Origin: Malacoraja senta
Taxonomy: Eukaryota
Length of the DNA: 64,000 nucleotides
Assembly (NCBI GenBank): GCA_038087875.1
Contig: CM075989.1
Location: forward strand, 10,790,001 to 10,854,000
Direction: 5' to 3'
Shown here: positions 49,776 to 62,295 of the stretch, piece after piece
How positions within the stretch are numbered: position 1 is the stretch's first letter
How the letters are laid out: every line of letters starts with the position of its first letter
Position numbers and translations under genes: made by a program
Notes under the pieces: generated by a model
Seen by the model: the letters and a program-made list of their open reading frames with translations, nothing else
What the model was told of the DNA's origin: nothing
The model's database searches: none

Positions 49776-51324
49776 CTCTGGCCCAAGCATTTGCATCTTG
49801 TCCCAACATCTCCTTTCTGGATACTGGATCTTTCATTATCCATCTCAGTGTCAAGTTTAGTTTACTAATTGCCCTCGAGAAGGACTTTGGAATGGTTTAG
49901 TTATTTATAAGTTCGATATAAAGGCTTCATTGCTACGTTTGAACCAATAGGTCAGTAATGCGAAAACCTGCAGGATTAATGATCCAGAAGGATTTGCTCA
50001 AATCTCTCAACTGGTATTCCACCGCAGTGCCGAGAGAGAGCGGCCATCAGAGGTCCAAGCTTATAGATGACACATTAAACCTGTCATATGTTCCCAAAGG
50101 TCCCATGAGTAGCAGAGTCCACCCCAGAGTCCAGACCAACATTTATCCCTCACTCACATGGCCAGTTCCCAACACATAGTGTAGGAAGGAACTGTAGATG
50201 CTGGTTCACACCGAAGATAGACACAAAATGCTGGAGTAACTCAACGGGTCAGGCAGCGTCTCTGGAGAAAAGGAATAGGTGACATTTCACGTCAAGACCC
50301 TTCATCAAACTGAGAGAGTCAGAGAGGGGGGAACTAAAGGTATGGGAAGGTACAAAACGAAGCTGAGACCGCATCAATGACTCAGGAAAGGTGGAGCTCA
50401 CAATGGTCCATTGTGGGCTGGGGACGAGTGATAACAAATGAATATTGCTCAAGTGATTTCACCAACGCATCAAATGACTAATCCATTCCCCACCTTCCCA
50501 TAATGAGCATACTTCAAATGTACTTCATCAGCTGCAAATCAGCATGTCCAAAAGGCACTATAGAAATGAAGACATTGTTTTTTAATCTTTTCTGAATAGC
50601 ATTCCTAGTTCTGATGAATGATCAGGAGCAGAAGACAATCATCTCATGTCCTGAACTCCTACCACAGGCCTTTACACATCATAGTTCAGACAGTTCGGAT
50701 CGGTATACACTTCAGTTGGAGCTAAAACCTGGATTCAAATCAGGCGGCCTCTCTCACAGATATCTCCTCTCACTGCCCTAAATATCCAATTAGATGAAAA
50801 GGAATTATTTTTTATCCACTTTGGTATTTAATTGGAACAGCCGGCTATGCTGTGACACTGTGCATTAAGGCAAAGGTCTGATTGTGGTCTTGAAGCCTGA
50901 AAATGGTCGCTGCCTGGTCTAATTAACACCAGCTCCTGAATTCATCTGCACAGACAGCGAGTGCTGGGTGATTGCGAGGGTTAGCACAGGTTGTGTTCTA
51001 ATGAGGGGAGTATTTGGACAGCGAGCGGCACAGAACCAGCACAGGTCACAGCGCGAGTTGGAACCCATCACTGCAACTCCTGATGAGGAACACTGTGTTG
51101 AATATTTTAATTAAATGGCCAGCGGGCAAGGTGACATTACATTGATTTAAGGACACGGTCGGCTAAATCTTCTACTTAACTGTGCTTCCCTAAATCCACT
51201 GCGAGTTGTGTCTTTTGTTACTGTTCAATATAAATAAACCTAGCGTATTTATTCAAATATTCATCGGCATAATTAAATGTTCCACCATATGTTTGGTCTG
51301 CTCATTGCAGCTGAAGTGATTACA

Positions 51325-51745
51325 AGGTCATAAGTGATAGGAGCAGAATTAGGCCATTCGGCCCATCAAGTCCACTCTGCCATTCAATCATGGCGGATCT
51401 ATCTCTCCCTCCTAATCCCATTCTCAAGCCATCTCCCTATAACCCCCGACAACCGTACTAAGAATCTACCTATCTCCGCCTTAAAAATATCCATTAACGG
51501 CCTCCACAGCCTTCTGTGGCAAATAATCCCACTGACTCACCACCCTCTGACTAAAGAAGTTCCTCCTCATCTCCTTCCTAAAGGAACGTCCTTTATTTCT
51601 GAGGCTTCGACCTCTAGTCCTGGACTCTCCCTCTAGTGGAAACATCCTCCCCACATCCACTCTATCCAAGCCTTTCACTATTCGGTAAGTTTCAATTCGG
51701 TTCCCCCCCCCGCCCCCCCCCCCTCCCTCATTCTTCCAAACTCCA
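51325..51745 (-). mobile_element. CR1/HER1 LINE 3' fragment
   Basis: IETYRIVKGLDRVDVGRMFPLEGESRTRGRSLRNKGRSFRKEMRRNFFSQRVVSQW. Confidence 0.92.
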
Positions 51746-53224
51746 GCAATTACAGGCCCAATGTACATGTGTCATATGCAATTATTGATGACAGTGACAC
51801 CTCCGACACTAGGAGAAGGCAGCCCACACCAACTGAGTCCATGTCCTGCTGACCAAACCCTCCATCCGCTGGGCTCAACTGCAACTGGGTTGACGCAAAC
51901 CCACTGGAGAAGCAACGAGGGAGAGAGGAAGGGGAGAGGACACAGGTGGGGTGGGACGATGGCTCATCTGGAAACTAGACTCCGATACAAACCCGTTTGT
52001 CCAAGTAACCATTTTCTGTTGCAAATTCAATTCATTTAATTGATGAGCTGCAGTGAGGCCGTGTCTGAAGACTTAGCCCTTCTCCAACCTCCCCAGATCC
52101 ACAAAAGGCAGACAGGCCAACTCACAGATCAATGAGGCATCCTGTATGAGGTCTTTCCAAGTTAACCAAATCTAATAAAGTGCAACTCTGAGAACTGCTC
52201 ACAAGGCTTCATTACAATCTATTTGAAAAGCCAGGCTTGCAAACTTATTCAGCACGATCAATAACAAACCTTTAATTTGTGGATCACATTTCCTCAACCT
52301 CGAGTTGTCACAGGAAGTCACCTCGCTGAAGAAATGCACATGCTAAATCAAGTATAAAGGAGCCGATATTAGATTAGCCTAAGTGCTAACATGTGAGTGA
52401 GAAATCCTGGCCTCAGGTTGTACATCAAGGATCACTTAGAAATCTGCTACCATCCCCAATTAAATTACAGACTCTGCCGAAACCATGTGTGTGTGTTTTA
52501 CGGATTTAATGCGATTGTTTTTCCCCCTTTACTCTTTGGAATATGATCTCTGATTTTCAACAGATTATCAACATCTGCATGACAGCTGGCGTGCAAAGCT
52601 AAGATTGCGGGATTCTTTTTACATTGCTGTTACACATGTTTTGATATTCAATTGTAGCAGCAGCAATATGCGCAGTGTATCCAGGATTACCAACGCTGAC
52701 ACCGCCAGCCACCTCAACTGCAGTAGACAGGAAACAAATACAAACTTTTAATCAACAGCGTTTCACATTAATAAATAATTTCCCATTCCCACAGTCTCAC
52801 TACGGGGTCTCCGCTTAGATCCATCTACAACACTCTCTTATCTTGAGATTGGGATGTTTTTTCTGGCTCCAGAATCGGTTCTTCTTAATTTATTTATCTA
52901 CAGGATGTGGTTGTTGCCGGGACTGCCAGCCTTCGCCACCTGCACCAGATTGCCCCTTGTACTGCTCAAGGCCAACTCCATCACACAGCTGAGTGAGAAT
53001 GTCCTCATGACTCAGTGAGTGAGTGAGTGACGGTGCCAGTGCAGGGCAGAGGGAGCACAGCACCGGCACCAAGCCTCACGTGGACAACAAGCCTTGACCC
53101 GCGGCCAATGGCGGTACCGCCATGAGGGAGGGTCCAGGGGAAAAACAACGGACAATGGGGACCCGGCGTGAAGGAGCCGCCATGAGGGAGGAACTAAGGA
53201 GGAGCTGGCGTACTTTGTAACTTT

Positions 53225-53411
53225 TTGTTTAAGAAGGAACTGCAGATGCTGGAAAATCGAAGGTAGACAAAAGTGCTGGAGAAACTCAGCAGGTGCAGCA
53301 GCATCTATGGAGCGAAGGAAATAGGCAACGTTTCGGGCCGAAACGTTGCCTATTTCCTTCGCTCCATAGATGCTGCTGCACCCGCTGAGTTTCTCCAGCA
53401 CTTTTGTCTAC
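53225..53411 (-). mobile_element. Fold-back PLE mini-element
   Basis: Near-perfect ~77-bp arms with apex TTTCGGGCCGAAA; tail on the left; 16-bp TSD CGTACTTTGTAACTTT (53209-53224, 53412-53427). Confidence 0.92.
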
Positions 53412-54675
53412 CGTACTTTGTAACTTTGTCAGCGCCATAGGTGGCCGCTCCCACACCGTGACCTCGGCAAGGCACCAGTTCCCAAGAGTGAAGAAGGGTC
53501 TCGACCCGAAACACCACCCATACCTTCTCTCCAGAGATGCGGCCCGTCCCGCTGAGTTACTCCAGCGTTTTGTATCTGTCAGCAGCCAGTGGACCCGCAG
53601 CTTATGAGGCGGACGGAATCTCATTGAAGAGTCACGTGGGTCCGAGAGACAATCATCGTTGACTCCTTCCCCTACTGCTCTCCTCAATGTGATAGAATGG
53701 GTGTAGTAGTTTGCTCTCTTGGATAAATCTCATCCCACCTCACACATGAAGGCTTTTGCATACAGCGGGAGTTTGAAAGGCTCTCAAATGTCAGGTTTCT
53801 CAGTGACAGGTGCAGAATATTACAGCAGGGAAGAAGACTAACGTCCACCCTCCCCGGCTCACGAGTGCTGTAGCATTGTGCGAGTTGTGTGCTGTGATGG
53901 TGGGTGGTGTGGCCACATGGAGCACACACACAGCTGGAGATCTGGCCCTCACCTTCCATGGCCAGGAAGGGAAGGATTCCCTGCACCTTGTTTTGATTTT
54001 GGGAAAGATCGAATACTAGTGCTGCAAAATAATAGGAAGCAGTTGACCAGAAAGTAGTTTGCCATCCGATGGGAAAATTGTTCCACACCCTCCCACTCAA
54101 CATTTTATTGGAGCAATTCCTTGTCTCGATGGTTAGATTCTGGTTAGATTCAACCCTGGAACAGAATCAACATCTCATGCTGGGAAGTGGGAACTCACAG
54201 TTCCCATCTCTCCCTGCCACTTTCATACAGAAAAAAAGACTAGGTGCTGGAGGAACTCAGCGGGTCAGGCAGACTCTGTGGAGGGAAACGGACCAATGTG
54301 TCGGGTCGGGGCTCTTCGTCACACTGCCTCTTGACCGGCTGGGTTCCTCCAGCAGTTTTTTTTAACTCCAGCAAGATTCCAACATCCACAGTTTCTTGTA
54401 TTTCCATTTTCATGCCCTACAGTGAAATCTCCTCAAAGTACGTCCTCTTTGAAGGAGGGCCTGTTTCCACGCTGCATCTCTAGACTCCTCTTCTCTTTGA
54501 CAGGGGTTCTGCAGCACTCTCTCTCTCACTGCTCCCCCCCCCTCAGCACTTCTTGCCAGCCTCTGAATGTTGTCCATGTCCTTACTGCAACCATGTGTCC
54601 TTCCTCCATATATGCCTTTGATGCTATCTTGTTCCTTCACCATTTCCAGGCCTCCCAGGTATCGAGTTAGATTTA

Positions 54676-54918
54676 AGATACATAAAAGTGCTGGAGAAAC
54701 TCAGCGGGTGCAGCAGCATCTATGGAGCGAAGGAAACAGGCAACGTTTCGGGCCGAAACCCTTCTTCAGACTGCCCAAACCCAGTCTGAAGAAGGGTTTC
54801 GGCCCGAAACGTTGCCCGTTTCCTTCGCTCCATAGATGCTGCTGCACCCGCTGAGTTTCTCCAGCACTTTTGTGTACCTTCGATTTTCCAGCATCTGCAG
54901 TTCCTTCTTTAACTCAAC
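54676..54918 (+). mobile_element. Fold-back PLE mini-element with two opposed hammerhead-like cores
   Basis: ~95-bp inverted arms around an 8-nt spacer (CCCAAACC); 15-bp TSD ATCGAGTTAGATTTA (54661-54675, 54919-54933). Confidence 0.92.
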
Positions 54919-56860
54919 ATCGAGTTAGATTTAGCTCTTCGGGCTAATGGAATCAAGGGACATCGGGAGAAAGCAGGAACAGGTTTTGGATGATCAGCTA
55001 TGATCATATTGAATGGCGGTGCTGGCTCAAAGGGCCAAATGGCCTACTCCCACACCTATTTTCTTTGTTTCTATGTAAGGCCCATGGGAATCCCTTCACT
55101 GACGGCTGTGGGATTAACCCAGTGAATCACTGATAGAAAGATGGGCAAACCCTGGTCAAGCAAGGATGTTGGGCCTGTTGCATTGTTCACTACCACCCTG
55201 AATCCTTCAGTTTTTTTTAAATCCCTTCCCAGGATATGGACTAGTAAACAACGCAAGAACTTGTTGCTCTTTCATAATTGTCCCCCAAACATTCAGGGGT
55301 TATAGGGAGAAGGCAGGGGAATAGTGTTAAGAGGGAAATATAGTTCAGCCTTGATTGAATGGCAGAATAGAATTGATGGGCTGAATGGCCAAATTCTGCT
55401 CCTATCGCTTTGAAACAGAGAAGAAGTTACGAGTCAATCACAATGCTGGCCCTAGAACCACAGGCAGGCCAGGCTGCAAGAAGATGTCCCACCATGAAGA
55501 ACATTGATGAATGAAGTGAGGTTTTGGAACAGTCCAGTGGTTTTTCAGTCACTAGGATGGATTCCAGCTGTTCAGTGTTCTGGCCCAGTGATAAATATCT
55601 TTTGATGCACATATCCTCCAACAACTCAATCTTAGACATGGTTTTCTTTGTCAGTGATACTTATGCCTTTGAGCCAAAAAGTATGGGTTCAAGCTCAGAC
55701 TGAATCCAAATGGAAACACATTAAGCCAAGGCCATTCCAAAAACACAACTCAAAACTTAAATCACAACCATGGCCATTGCAAATCCAATCCCACAGACAA
55801 CGCAACCACAGATATTCCTAAACCAAGTCAAGGACTTTTATCTCACCACCGCAGCATGCACCAATTGTTCAGTACAAACTTTGCAACCTCAAACCTTCTA
55901 TAGATCAGTTCAAGGATGAAACACCACACACTGATCAAGAACCTCCAGATTAGATTCCATTTGGAATATTTTGGAGGACCAGGAAACCAAGAACCAAGAG
56001 GACATGTTTAGTAACACTAAACAAATTAATCAGACCCGGGTGAGGCAAGCTGGACCCACCTGCACCACGTTGGATCACATTGCCAGACTCCAATGGAAAT
56101 AACAGCAAGGCCAGCAGCTTTTGGCCTTCCCTTAAGTCCCCTTGGAAAGGCAATGGTGCACAACCCTATTAAAACAAACCGAGTAGACCAAATCATTGAC
56201 CTTTTCATGGAGTAGTTTCCAGTTAACCACTTTGCCACAGATCTAAGTAAGATCATTAAGTTGAGCAGGTTTCCTTCCTCATACGTTTACAACGAGGTCG
56301 TTTAAGCATCGTTATCTTCTTTTTCATTGTAAACTTAATTGACATTCCAATGATCAGCTAATTGAGAGTTCACCAGGTGCCCTAAACCCCTGTTCACTCT
56401 CTCCCCATTAAGGTGCTCCTTTATTGACCAAACTCCTGGAGTCAGTCAGCCCAACTAATTTTGTGCAATACTTGCCCTGAAGCATCTTGAGACAACATGA
56501 ACAGCTGGCATTCATTAGGGGGTAGCCATACCTGACTGACCTGATGAACCTTTTAGGAACTTCTGTGGAAATTAGTAAAGGTGTTGGGGGGTTAAGGTGA
56601 GAAAGCAGGAGAATTGAGTTGAGAGGGAAAGATGGATCAGCCATGATTGAATGGCAGAATAGATTTGATGGGCAGAATGGCCTAATGCTGCTCCTATAAC
56701 ATATGAACGTCACTAGGGGAAGAGTATGGTATGCAGGTACATGGAATTTAGTGGTGCTGTTGACAAGGCTCCATCTGCCAGGACATCATAAAAGGTAAAC
56801 CCATTTGTGATGGCAGGGAGAATGGGAGAACAGGTCCCAAATTGGTTCAGTTGTGTGAAC

Positions 56861-56993
56861 GTCTTCTTGCGTATGGCATGCACAGCCTAAAGTTGTAGAA
56901 CAACTTGTTCTATTTGATCTTATTTGATTGTGCATACCGGGTTGATCGCATTCGTCGAAACAGGAAGGTTCATGAAGGTTGCAATCTCCCACC
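56861..56993 (-). mobile_element. 133-bp unclassified retroposed element
   Basis: 13-bp TSD CAGTTGTGTGAAC (56848-56860, 56994-57006); reverse strand ends ...CCATACGCAAGAAGAC. Confidence 0.7.
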
Positions 56994-57479
56994 CAGTTGT
57001 GTGAACCAGAGGGTAGTTGTTAGCCGGTGGTTTAATTACTGGAAGGCTGGAGTTTGTTGGGTTTTTTGAAATATATGCTAATAATTTAATCTCCAAGGTA
57101 GAGTTGCTATCAAGACGTTCACAGGCATTGGACAAGTTGTTGACGGTGAACCAGGAAAAGTTAGGAGCGAAGCATCACAGGAGCACCAGACTCCAGGAGC
57201 AGCACTGTGGAGATCAAACATTGTAAACCTGCCACTGGGGTTTAGTTCGAAGATAGACACAAAAAAACTGGAGTAACTCAGTGGGACAGGCAGCATCTCT
57301 GGACGGAAGGATTGGGTGACGTTTCAGGTCAAGACCCGTCTTCTACCTTCTCAGGTCAGAGGGCAGAAAAGTGGCAACTGAAAGTAAAGCCAGGGAATTG
57401 TGAGCTAATGTGTCTGGGGGTTGCCACAAGGTAAGAGTGTATTCAATAAAGGGAAGGATAGTGAAATGTGAGGCAAGGT

Positions 57480-58270
57480 TTTGGTGTGTATATGCACAGG
57501 TTTAAAGGTGAGAGAATGGGTAAAATAAAGTGCTGATGAAATGGAGCTAGATTTTGCTTTTATTCACCGGGGCATGGAATACAAGAGTGGGTAGCTTATG
57601 TTACAACAGGATATATCATTAGTAGATACACAAAGCTGGAGTAACTCAGCAGGTCAGACAGCAGCTCTGGAGAAAATAATTAGGTGATGTTTCGGGTCAA
57701 GATCACTTCTTCACTGAAACGTCACCTATTCCTTTTCCTATTTCTGAGTTACTCCAGCAGTTGACTTGTCTATCTTCGGTTTAAACCAGCATCTGCAGTT
57801 TATTCCCACACAGGATATATAATTAGTTTGGCCACAGCTTGAGTGCTGAGTACAGGTCTGGTCACCACTTTAAAGAAATTAGTGCCTGCACTGGAGAGGG
57901 TGCAGAGATTTACATGGATGTTGACAGGACTGGAACAATTAGGTGTGAAGCAACTTTGAGTGGACTGGGGGTGTTTCTTTGGGACAGAAGAGGCTGAGAG
58001 CAAACTAACCTGAGGTGCATAAAATGATGATCAGTATCCAGGTAGAATAAATCAGATGGGCCTCGAAAGAACAAAGCACTAACTTGTTGAGCATTGGAAG
58101 GGAGTTGAGGACAAAGATCTTTCCCCCTAGAGGATGGTAGGGGTCTGGAACTCACTGCCAAATGGAGGAATAAGACAGATCCCTCCTCTCATTTACACAA
58201 GATGTGTGCTGGAAACGCTACCACCACCAATACCATGGACCCAGTGCTGGAAGGTGGGGTCGGCTGCAGT
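57480..58270 (+). mobile_element. Old CR1 RT fragment interrupted by a fold-back PLE (57623-57810)
   Basis: GGCATGGAATACAAGAG, CTGGAGAGGGTGCAGAG CR1 motifs; ACAGGATATAT direct repeat around the PLE. Confidence 0.7.
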
Positions 58271-58330
58271 TCTAACACGGTGGCCTCCTGAATTGTAATT
58301 TTTTAATGATTTCTGTGAAAACACTATCGA

Positions 58331-58649
58331 GGGCGGTCACGGTGACGCAGCGGTAGAGTTGCTGCTTTACAGCGCTTGCAGTGCCGGAGACCCGGGTTTG
58401 ATCCTGACTACGAGTTCTCGTCTGTACGGAGTTTGTACCTTCTCCCCGTGACCGCGTGGGTTTTCTCCGAGATCTTCGTTTTTTTCTCCCACACTCCAAA
58501 AGACGTACAGGGTTGTAGGTTAATTGGCTTGCTTTACAAATTGTCCCGAGTGTGTGTCGGATAGCGTCAATGTGTGGGGATCGCTGGTCGGTGCGGACAC
58601 GGTGGGCCGAAGGGCCTGTTTCCGTGCTGCATCTCTAAACTAAACTAAA
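58331..58649 (+). mobile_element. HE1-type V-SINE, full length
   Basis: GGTGACGCAGCGGTAGAG A-box, GGTTTGATCC B-box, (TAAAC)n tail. Confidence 0.9.
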
Positions 58650-58729
58650 TGTCGGAAGAAGAGTGAACCAGGCATAAAGGTGCCAGAGTTAAAATTTCCT
58701 TTTTAAAGTTAAAAGGATGAAGACCATGT

Positions 58730-58821
58730 CATGAGAAGCAGCAGAGATGTCCAGCATTAACCCTGACGGTGGAGCCATGAGAAGCAGCAGAGATGTCCAG
58801 CATTAACCCTGACGGTGGAGC
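58730..58821. repeat. Perfect 46-bp tandem duplication
   Basis: CATGAGAAGCAGCAGAGATGTCCAGCATTAACCCTGACGGTGGAGC x2. Confidence 0.95.
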
Positions 58822-60084
58822 CTCAAGATCCCATTTCTCTTTCACAGAAGGCAAATTTACAAATGCCTTTCTTTCCCGCTTTGAAATCTAATTAAAACCA
58901 TGGATTGTTATGGAAGCTGCACATCAGTCCTGCTGATGCGCTCCTGATGATGCATCTACAAACCTACACGGATCTGTGCATCAATCAGCGTGGCATTGTC
59001 CAGCACTTATAAATACACCCAACCACCGGGGAAGGAATTACAAGTAATAAAGTTCTGTAAATTCACAACCTCTCTACTAATTGGAAGCAGATGGCCCGTG
59101 CTAACGGACTTTGATTATTTCTAACTGATGGATACCCAATGGAATAAGTCGGAAACTAAATCCAGATGGCAGCCTTTTTAGTTTCTAACGTACCCGACGT
59201 TGTATAGAGATGATACAACAGTGGAGCTGAGGTAATAGATGTTTTTATATATTTAAATAATCATTCTGGAGTCATGGGTGATCACGGGCAAGGGCAGGAC
59301 CTATTGGCTGCCTCTTGTGGACCTACCATCTTGAAACACTTGTTCCACATCGATGCAGCTGAGTAGATTGCCAGGGCAATGTCTTTTGTGGAGAGAGTAC
59401 AAGTTTCCAAAGACGATCCAAGGTTCATAGAAGGTAAACAAACATGCCGGAGAAACTCAGCGGGTGAGGCATCATAGATCTACTTTTCATGCCGAGCTTT
59501 GTGATTAAGGGTGACCAGCTCCTTTGTGGCCGGTGAGGCCAAGGTAGGACTTTCCACAGCCCAGTGACAGAGGGTGGGAGGTGGGGGCACTCTTTGTGAG
59601 GTGGTCTGGTCCTCTGCCACCTACATGGGGCCTTGCTCTCTCCCAGTGCATGGGCTTGAGGCTTGCTGAATGCTTCAAGCCAATTGTTGTCATCTGCACA
59701 AGTATGGCAAGGTATAGGTACAATGAAAACCTTGCTTACCGCAGCATCACCAGCACATAGACTCAAACAACACACAAAAACATGAATCATGTATAAATTA
59801 CACATACATTCTGCTCTACGGGATGGAAATACCTAGTTCTCTATCAGGAGGTTGTCTTTTTTCTAGAAGCATTTTCAAGAAGCACATCCCTGGAACTTTT
59901 CCTCTGCCTGCCCCCAATCTCTTCCCATAAGACAACTGGGAAGTGGTTGCCTGTTTCGGGAGCCTGGTGTCGGGTTTGCAGATGTCCAGTGATCTAACTG
60001 AGTGCAGATGAGGTCTCGGCGTGAGGGGGAAGACAAAGACTGGGTTCATTTATCCTACCAAAGAATCCTATCAAAGATCAGTCT

Positions 60085-60110
60085 GAAGAAGGGTCTCGAC
60101 CCGAAACGTC
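60085..60110 (+). ncRNA. Minimal hammerhead-ribozyme-like core in a PLE terminal repeat (representative copy)
   Basis: CTGAAGA-A-GGGT-CTCG-ACCC-GAAA-CG-TC: CUGANGA, stem II, GAAA, palindromic stem III, GUC site; stem I is weak. Confidence 0.55.
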
Positions 60111-60209
60111 ACCCATTCCTTTGCTCCAGAGATGCTGCCTGTCCCACTGAGTTACTTTGTGTCTATCTTCAATTTAAACCAGCATCTGCAGTTCTTTCCT
60201 ACACAATCT

Positions 60210-60900
60210 GTGGCCTTTTCCAGGTATCTCTCCAACGTCCTGAGATGCGTGCTGTAGGGAGGAGAGGTCTTGGTAACATGCAGGAGGTTAGCACCACTGC
60301 CTGACAGACCGGGACTTTTGTGCCAAGTTCTGAAGTCCAAACATTTTGTTGCCTCTATCACCCAAAGGCTTGTGCATCGAAGTGTGGTGGTGAATCACAT
60401 CATTCATGTCCGCCTTTGCCAAGCGGTGGCGATCTAGGGAGTGGTCCACCTTTTCCAGGACCTCACCATGAACCTGGAGGGTGGTGTGGCAGAGTGGGGG
60501 GCAGGATGACAAACAACCTTGCCCTTGTTCACGTTGAGTGTCAGGTTGATCCTCATAGAAGGGCATGGATCGTGGCCTCCATGTTAATACACATGCAAGC
60601 ATTACCTGCAGCCCAACGTCTCAGGTCCAGGGCAGGGTCATGGTAACCGGCACATTTGTGCTCACTCCATGGATTTGCTTAGCCGAAATCATTCAGCTAC
60701 GGAGAGCAGAGACAAGCCCAGATCCAGTACAAGAGGGCCACTGTCCCAAGACCCAGCCTGCATGTCAACAGCTTCAGACGTTGCTGGCATTAGCAGGGTG
60801 GATCACAGATTGGGATCCAGTTCCTAGTGAGAGTGGAATAACAGGGATCTCAGTTTGGCTTCAGTTGGCTACATCAGCATTTCCACTCCTTTCGGGACGC
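60210..60900 (-). mobile_element. Degenerate RTE-clade LINE RT fragment
   Basis: Reverse frames give GEVLEKVDH...LAKADMNDVIHH and YSTHLRTLERYL, typical of RTE RT C-terminal region. Confidence 0.65.
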
Positions 60901-61169
60901 AAGACATGAAATTGAACTTCACCCTCTCTTGATGCGCTAAAGACAAATAACTTGTATCATCTTCCAGTGGGTGACACAAGTCTGTGACACCAGCCATGTG
61001 TTGCATTCTATCAGCCTGTCCACACACTCACATGATGGGACGGATGTGAGAGACTTCCAGTGGGGAGTGTTGCCACCACATTACAGCAAGCAGCTCCAGC
61101 TCACTCTCATCTCATTTCTGCTTTGCAAATATGGCAGGGATATAACTGGGCGGGCAGGCAGCCTTTCCT

Positions 61170-61735
61170 TCTTACAATATGGTCACAGAGCTACTGGAAG
61201 GATGTCGTTAGGCCGGAGAGGGTGCAGTCAAGATTCACAAGGATGTTATCAGGACTGGAGAACGTAAGTTATAAGGACGGTGAATCCTTTTTCTCCAGAG
61301 ATGCTGCCTGACCCGCTGAGTTACCCCAACATTTGTGTCTATCTTAAGTTAAGGGAAGACTGGATAGACTGCAACTTTTTCCCAGAGCTAAGGAGGCTGA
61401 GGGGTGACCTTATAGAGCTACATAAAATCACGAAGGACATCGATATGGAGCATGGTCATGGTCTTATTGTCAGGATAGTGGAGTCCAAAACTAGAGGTTT
61501 AGGGTGAAAAGGGAAAGATTTAAATGGGATCTGAGGGGCAACATTCGCACAATGGGCTGCGGTGATATGGAATGAGCCGGCAGAGGAAGTGGTAGAGGCG
61601 TGTGCCATTACAATCGGACAGGTGCATGGCTAGGAAAGGTTTTGAGGGATTTGGGCCAAACATAGGCAAACGGGATTAGTTCAGGCAGGCAACCCGGTCG
61701 GCATGGACATTGGGCCGAAGGGCCTGTTTCCTTCC
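61170..61735 (+). mobile_element. CR1 LINE 3' fragment with small PLE insert (~61280-61345)
   Basis: WSQSYWKDVVRPERVQSRFTRMLSGLENVSY and LRRLRGDLIELHKI; tail GGGCCGAAGGGCCTGTTTCC. Confidence 0.85.
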
Positions 61736-62255
61736 TACGAGTCTATCTCTTAACATTGCAGGAGTTGGGGAGATCTGAAGCTTAAATGTCTCAGCAACAT
61801 TCAATCTCAAGGTAGTGAAGTCAAGAGAGTTTTGTTGTTGTATGTCCCCATACGGGACAATGAAATTCTTACTTTCTGCAGCATAACAGGTATGTAAACT
61901 AAGTACTCAGTGGATACCATTCCATAACAAAAAGTTCAATACATTTTCAAAAATCAGATAGGCATTAGGGTTATAATATCTGGAGGGCATTGTGGGATCT
62001 TTACCACCCAGTCTACCAGGGACCAGGATCTTATGCCAGTGGCTGGCAGAAGAGGTCTGACATTGTCTGACGTTGTCCATGGATGCTCCTGTCCCAGAGG
62101 TTGGCATCCCACCTACTCACCTGGACTTCTAGCCTGGACTAGGTGGAATAGCTCAGGGGTGTGTGGGGTGGGGAAGTTGCATCAAAGCCTTAAAGGGACG
62201 GACAAGATCACAATCTTGCTTAAAAACAAAATGGCAGTGGTCCAGACTGCCCCTT

Positions 62256-62295
<40 letters not shown>

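Noticed and set aside
10563..54918. Recurring near-identical ~90-bp repeat, superficially CRISPR- or MITE-like
   Set aside because: Dispersed rather than regularly spaced, has variable 9-16 bp TSDs and is attached to a GIY-YIG ORF at 14368 and 10780; it is a PLE terminus.
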